Positions 29,318 through 32,000 of a DNA stretch of 32,000 nt are shown in pieces. A program made the translations under genes and the position numbers. This DNA comes from Methanothermobacter thermautotrophicus str. Delta H. GTDB taxonomy: Archaea; Methanobacteriota; Methanobacteria; Methanobacteriales; Methanothermobacteraceae. Positions within the stretch are counted from its first letter, which is position 1. Every line of letters begins with the position of its first letter. The DNA is taken from positions 330,001 through 362,000 of the forward strand of contig NC_000916.1 in assembly GCF_000008645.1 (NCBI RefSeq), written 5' to 3'. The notes beneath the pieces are model-generated. The model worked only from the letters and a program-made list of their open reading frames with translations, did not search any database and was not told where the DNA came from.

Positions 29318-30466
29318 ATGGTCATAGAGTTACTCTCGGTATTCATAGCACTTCTGGCCTGTTTCTATGCTTCATACAGTGATATAAAAAGGGGTATAAT
29401 ACCCAACCGTCTGACCTTTCCTGTTATCGGGCTCGGTCTTCTCCTGAATGGTGCGAGGGCCCTCATGGAATCGGATCCCTGGATATTCATTTACACAGCC
29501 ATCTTCACAGCCGGGATATTCGCCCTGGGATACATCCTCTGGAGGATGGTGGCCTGGGCAGGTGGTGATGTGAAGCTCTTCACAGCGGTAACCTCCCTGC
29601 TACCATTCCAGCCGTCACTGGTAAGCTACAGCTTCCTCGGAACGGCCTTCCCTGTCACGGCATCCTACCCCTTTCCACTCACGGTCATAATAAACAGTAT
29701 ACTGGCGCTCCTCCCCTTCCTCCTGGTCTATGTGTTCTTCATCATCTACACATCCAGGAGGCACCTCATGGACGAGTTCATGGAGCCCCTCCGCCAGTAC
29801 AGGACCAGCATGGTCCTGGCCCTGGTTATAACATCCGCCGTTACCCTGACATTCCTCATAACAGACTTCCTCCCATTCCAGATCATAGTACTTTCCCTGA
29901 TCCTTGTCTACCTCCTCACCATGGTCATCTCACGCCTACCGCCAAGGATTAAGGCGGTTATAGTATCGGTGATCATAGTCTACTCGCTCTACAAGAACTT
30001 TGAGTTGACCGTGAGTGGAGTTGTAATTCTCTGGGTCTCCATAACGGTTATACAGCTCATAAGGAAGCTCCTCACATCCATCACGAGGGAGGCCCTCCAG
30101 GACACCATGGGCGTGGATGAACTGAAGGAGGGCATGATACTCGCAAGCACCCTCTACAGGAAGGGCGATGAATACTACTTCGATGACAGTTCACTCCTTG
30201 ACAGGTTCCGGACAGCTGCGAGGACCGGTGATGTATCTGCACTGACCTACAGGGGTGAACCTGTGGTGTCTGCCATGGCAGCCGGTCTCCGGGAGGAGGA
30301 GATTGAGACCCTCAGGGACCTTGTATCCAGGGGCAAGATAAAGGATGAGTTCCGGATAAGACGCGGTATGCCCTTTGCTCCTGCAATCTTCATAGGGCTC
30401 CTGGTTTCACTCCTTATAGGGGACCTTGCAATGATACTGTTCAGGTTATTTGACATCATATTCTAG
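29318..30466 (+). CDS. A24-family prepilin/preflagellin-type peptidase with C-terminal extension
   Basis: YSDIKRGIIPNRLTFP (first catalytic Asp) and WAGGDVKLFTAV (GxGD-type motif); GGAGTGAT RBS before ATG 29318. Confidence 0.82.
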   Translation: MVIELLSVFIALLACFYASYSDIKRGIIPNRLTFPVIGLGLLLNGARALMESDPWIFIYTAIFTAGIFALGYILWRMVAWAGGDVKLFTAVTSLLPFQPSLVSYSFLGTAFPVTASYPFPLTVIINSILALLPFLLVYVFFIIYTSRRHLMDEFMEPLRQYRTSMVLALVITSAVTLTFLITDFLPFQIIVLSLILVYLLTMVISRLPPRIKAVIVSVIIVYSLYKNFELTVSGVVILWVSITVIQLIRKLLTSITREALQDTMGVDELKEGMILASTLYRKGDEYYFDDSSLLDRFRTAARTGDVSALTYRGEPVVSAMAAGLREEEIETLRDLVSRGKIKDEFRIRRGMPFAPAIFIGLLVSLLIGDLAMILFRLFDIIF

Positions 30467-30542
30467 TTCAGGTGGTGAGGGTTACCGGTCTGGTGAGCCA
30501 GATAACGGGGTGGGCACTGCCATGATCTCCCGGATGTTCACC

Positions 30543-30552
30543 AAATATATAA
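30543..30552 (+). promoter_or_regulatory. TATA box for the class III signal peptide protein
   Basis: CCAAATATATAAGTG ~50 nt upstream of ATG 30600. Confidence 0.65.
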
Positions 30553-30599
30553 GTGTAGCCCTACAGAATCTAATGCAGAGATGTTTAAAGGTGATCTAT

Positions 30600-31031
30600 A
30601 TGGATAGCAGGGGACAGGTCTCCCTGGAGTACCTTCTGCTGATACTCGTGGTCCTCCTCATCCTTGGAGGAGTAACGATACCCCTCATAGGAAGTTCAAT
30701 TGAGGCAAGCACTGATGTTTCAAGGGCATCAGATGCCAAGGTGGCTGTTCAGACCATTGCAAATGCGGCTGACATAGTATACGCCAACGGGCCGGGTGCA
30801 AAGAGGACGGTGAGCTTCTACATACCGGTTGATGGAGTCCTCATCACCGGCAATAACAGCGTCATATTCACAGTCACCTACACCAACGGCACGGTATCAA
30901 ATATAACTGCACCGACACAGTACAACGTGACATCACAGTCCGTGCAGGTGCAGAGGGGATGGTACACGGCTGTCATATACTGGCCACTGAATTCAAACAA
31001 CGTTGTTGTAACGAATGTGACAAGGAAGTAG
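30600..31031 (+). CDS. Class III signal peptide-containing, pilin-like secreted protein
   Basis: MDSRGQVSLEYLLLILVVLLILGGV matches the QxSxEYL archaeal type IV pilin-like signal. Start 30600 follows GGTGAT. Confidence 0.82.
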   Translation: MDSRGQVSLEYLLLILVVLLILGGVTIPLIGSSIEASTDVSRASDAKVAVQTIANAADIVYANGPGAKRTVSFYIPVDGVLITGNNSVIFTVTYTNGTVSNITAPTQYNVTSQSVQVQRGWYTAVIYWPLNSNNVVVTNVTRK

Positions 31032-31039
31032 GTGATTGA

Positions 31040-31939
31040 ATGGATTTCTTCTCAAGACTCGGCAGTGCAGTGATAGCTCTATTTAACATCATGGGAACCG
31101 TCATATTTGAACTGGTAAGGCTCCCCGGGAGGATAAGGAGGGCTGCCTCAGGTCTGCGGGAGGGACTCTCCAGGGTCGAGGTGGATGAAATACGGGATAA
31201 AATTCATGACAAAACAAGGACGATAGGGGAGCGAATACCGGTGCAGCGTGATGAGGAGGTCAGGGAGATCCTTGAGGAGGCACGAAACCATGACATCAGG
31301 ATACCTGAGGACGACGCACCCATAATAATCAGGACACCCCAATTTGACCCGGCAGAGAAGGAGAATGCTGTCCTCAAACTCCAGATTGCAGCCTCACTCT
31401 TCATCATAATATCCATAGTCTATGTCTTCAACTTCATATCCATCCTTGTGTTCCTTCCGGCTGCCCTTCTGCTCCTAGCTCTCCTCCTTTACATACTCTA
31501 CAGACAGATAAGGGTAATGTACCCCGGGGACTTTGAGGCCTACAGGGACTTCTTCCTCATGTACGTGGCTGTGGGTGTGGTTATAATCCTTGTCTCAGGC
31601 AACTCGGCCCTGACAATGGCGTTTCCATTCGTATTCTTCCCTGCCCTCACAACGCTCCTCTTCGCGGTGATCGCGGTTGCAGCGGTCTTCCTGATATTCA
31701 GGGTGAGGTATGTGCGTGACTACACCTTCGGTGAGGTTATAGAGGTGGGTGAGAACACCTCCTATGTACGTGTTGACTATGATATAAGGAGCAACGTCAA
31801 ACCCGATGTTTACATAGTTGAGAATAATGGCTTCCATGTTGATGTCCATGATACTGTGAAGCTTGCAGTTGAGGGCTCGGTCATGAGCATGAGGGGTAAC
31901 AGGCCGGTGAGGATAATAGGAGTGGAAGGCCTCCGCTGA
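31040..31939 (+). CDS. Membrane protein of unknown function
   Basis: 299 aa with four to six hydrophobic segments; GTGATT RBS-like sequence; follows the class III signal peptide gene closely. Confidence 0.6.
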   Translation: MDFFSRLGSAVIALFNIMGTVIFELVRLPGRIRRAASGLREGLSRVEVDEIRDKIHDKTRTIGERIPVQRDEEVREILEEARNHDIRIPEDDAPIIIRTPQFDPAEKENAVLKLQIAASLFIIISIVYVFNFISILVFLPAALLLLALLLYILYRQIRVMYPGDFEAYRDFFLMYVAVGVVIILVSGNSALTMAFPFVFFPALTTLLFAVIAVAAVFLIFRVRYVRDYTFGEVIEVGENTSYVRVDYDIRSNVKPDVYIVENNGFHVDVHDTVKLAVEGSVMSMRGNRPVRIIGVEGLR

Positions 31940-32000
31940 TTAATAACCCTTAATTTTTCAGATTCTATGCGGAACCTTAATGTTGCACTGAAAAATCAAA

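Overview
The window looks like a Methanobacteriales genome, most probably Methanothermobacter (inferred from gene content and order; no database search was run). Positions ~296-12849 hold a 20-gene (A-T) energy-converting [NiFe] hydrogenase operon. I assign it to Eha rather than Ehb from its 20-gene size, the 6- and 10-cluster polyferredoxins, and the HAD-like, Ftr-like and PfkB-like tail genes. Downstream are a 6[4Fe-4S] polyferredoxin, a CBS-domain protein, an MNT/HEPN (MntA-HepT) toxin-antitoxin pair with a broken HEPN gene, and a P1B-type metal ATPase. These are followed by a secreted pseudomurein-binding-repeat/transglutaminase-like protein, a PPOX-fold protein, a glutamine-hydrolysing asparagine synthetase, a GatC-like/ACT/homoserine dehydrogenase/aPGAM cluster, CTP synthase, an STT3-like glycosyltransferase, a prepilin-type peptidase and a class III signal peptide protein. 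The most notable direct observations are: (1) single-base frameshifts in ehaQ, ehaR and hepT, each with clear coding sequence continuing in another frame; (2) an ATGAAT-N4-ATTCAT palindrome like an ArsR/SmtB operator at the metal ATPase promoter, which moves that gene's start; (3) an almost perfect 453-bp in-frame tandem duplication in the pseudomurein-binding protein; (4) a series of short direct duplications (offset 43-56 bp) at gene junctions; (5) paired imperfect repeats upstream of the eha operon and of the gatC/ACT/hom cluster. I found no clearly new multi-gene defence system, CRISPR array, tRNA or rRNA.
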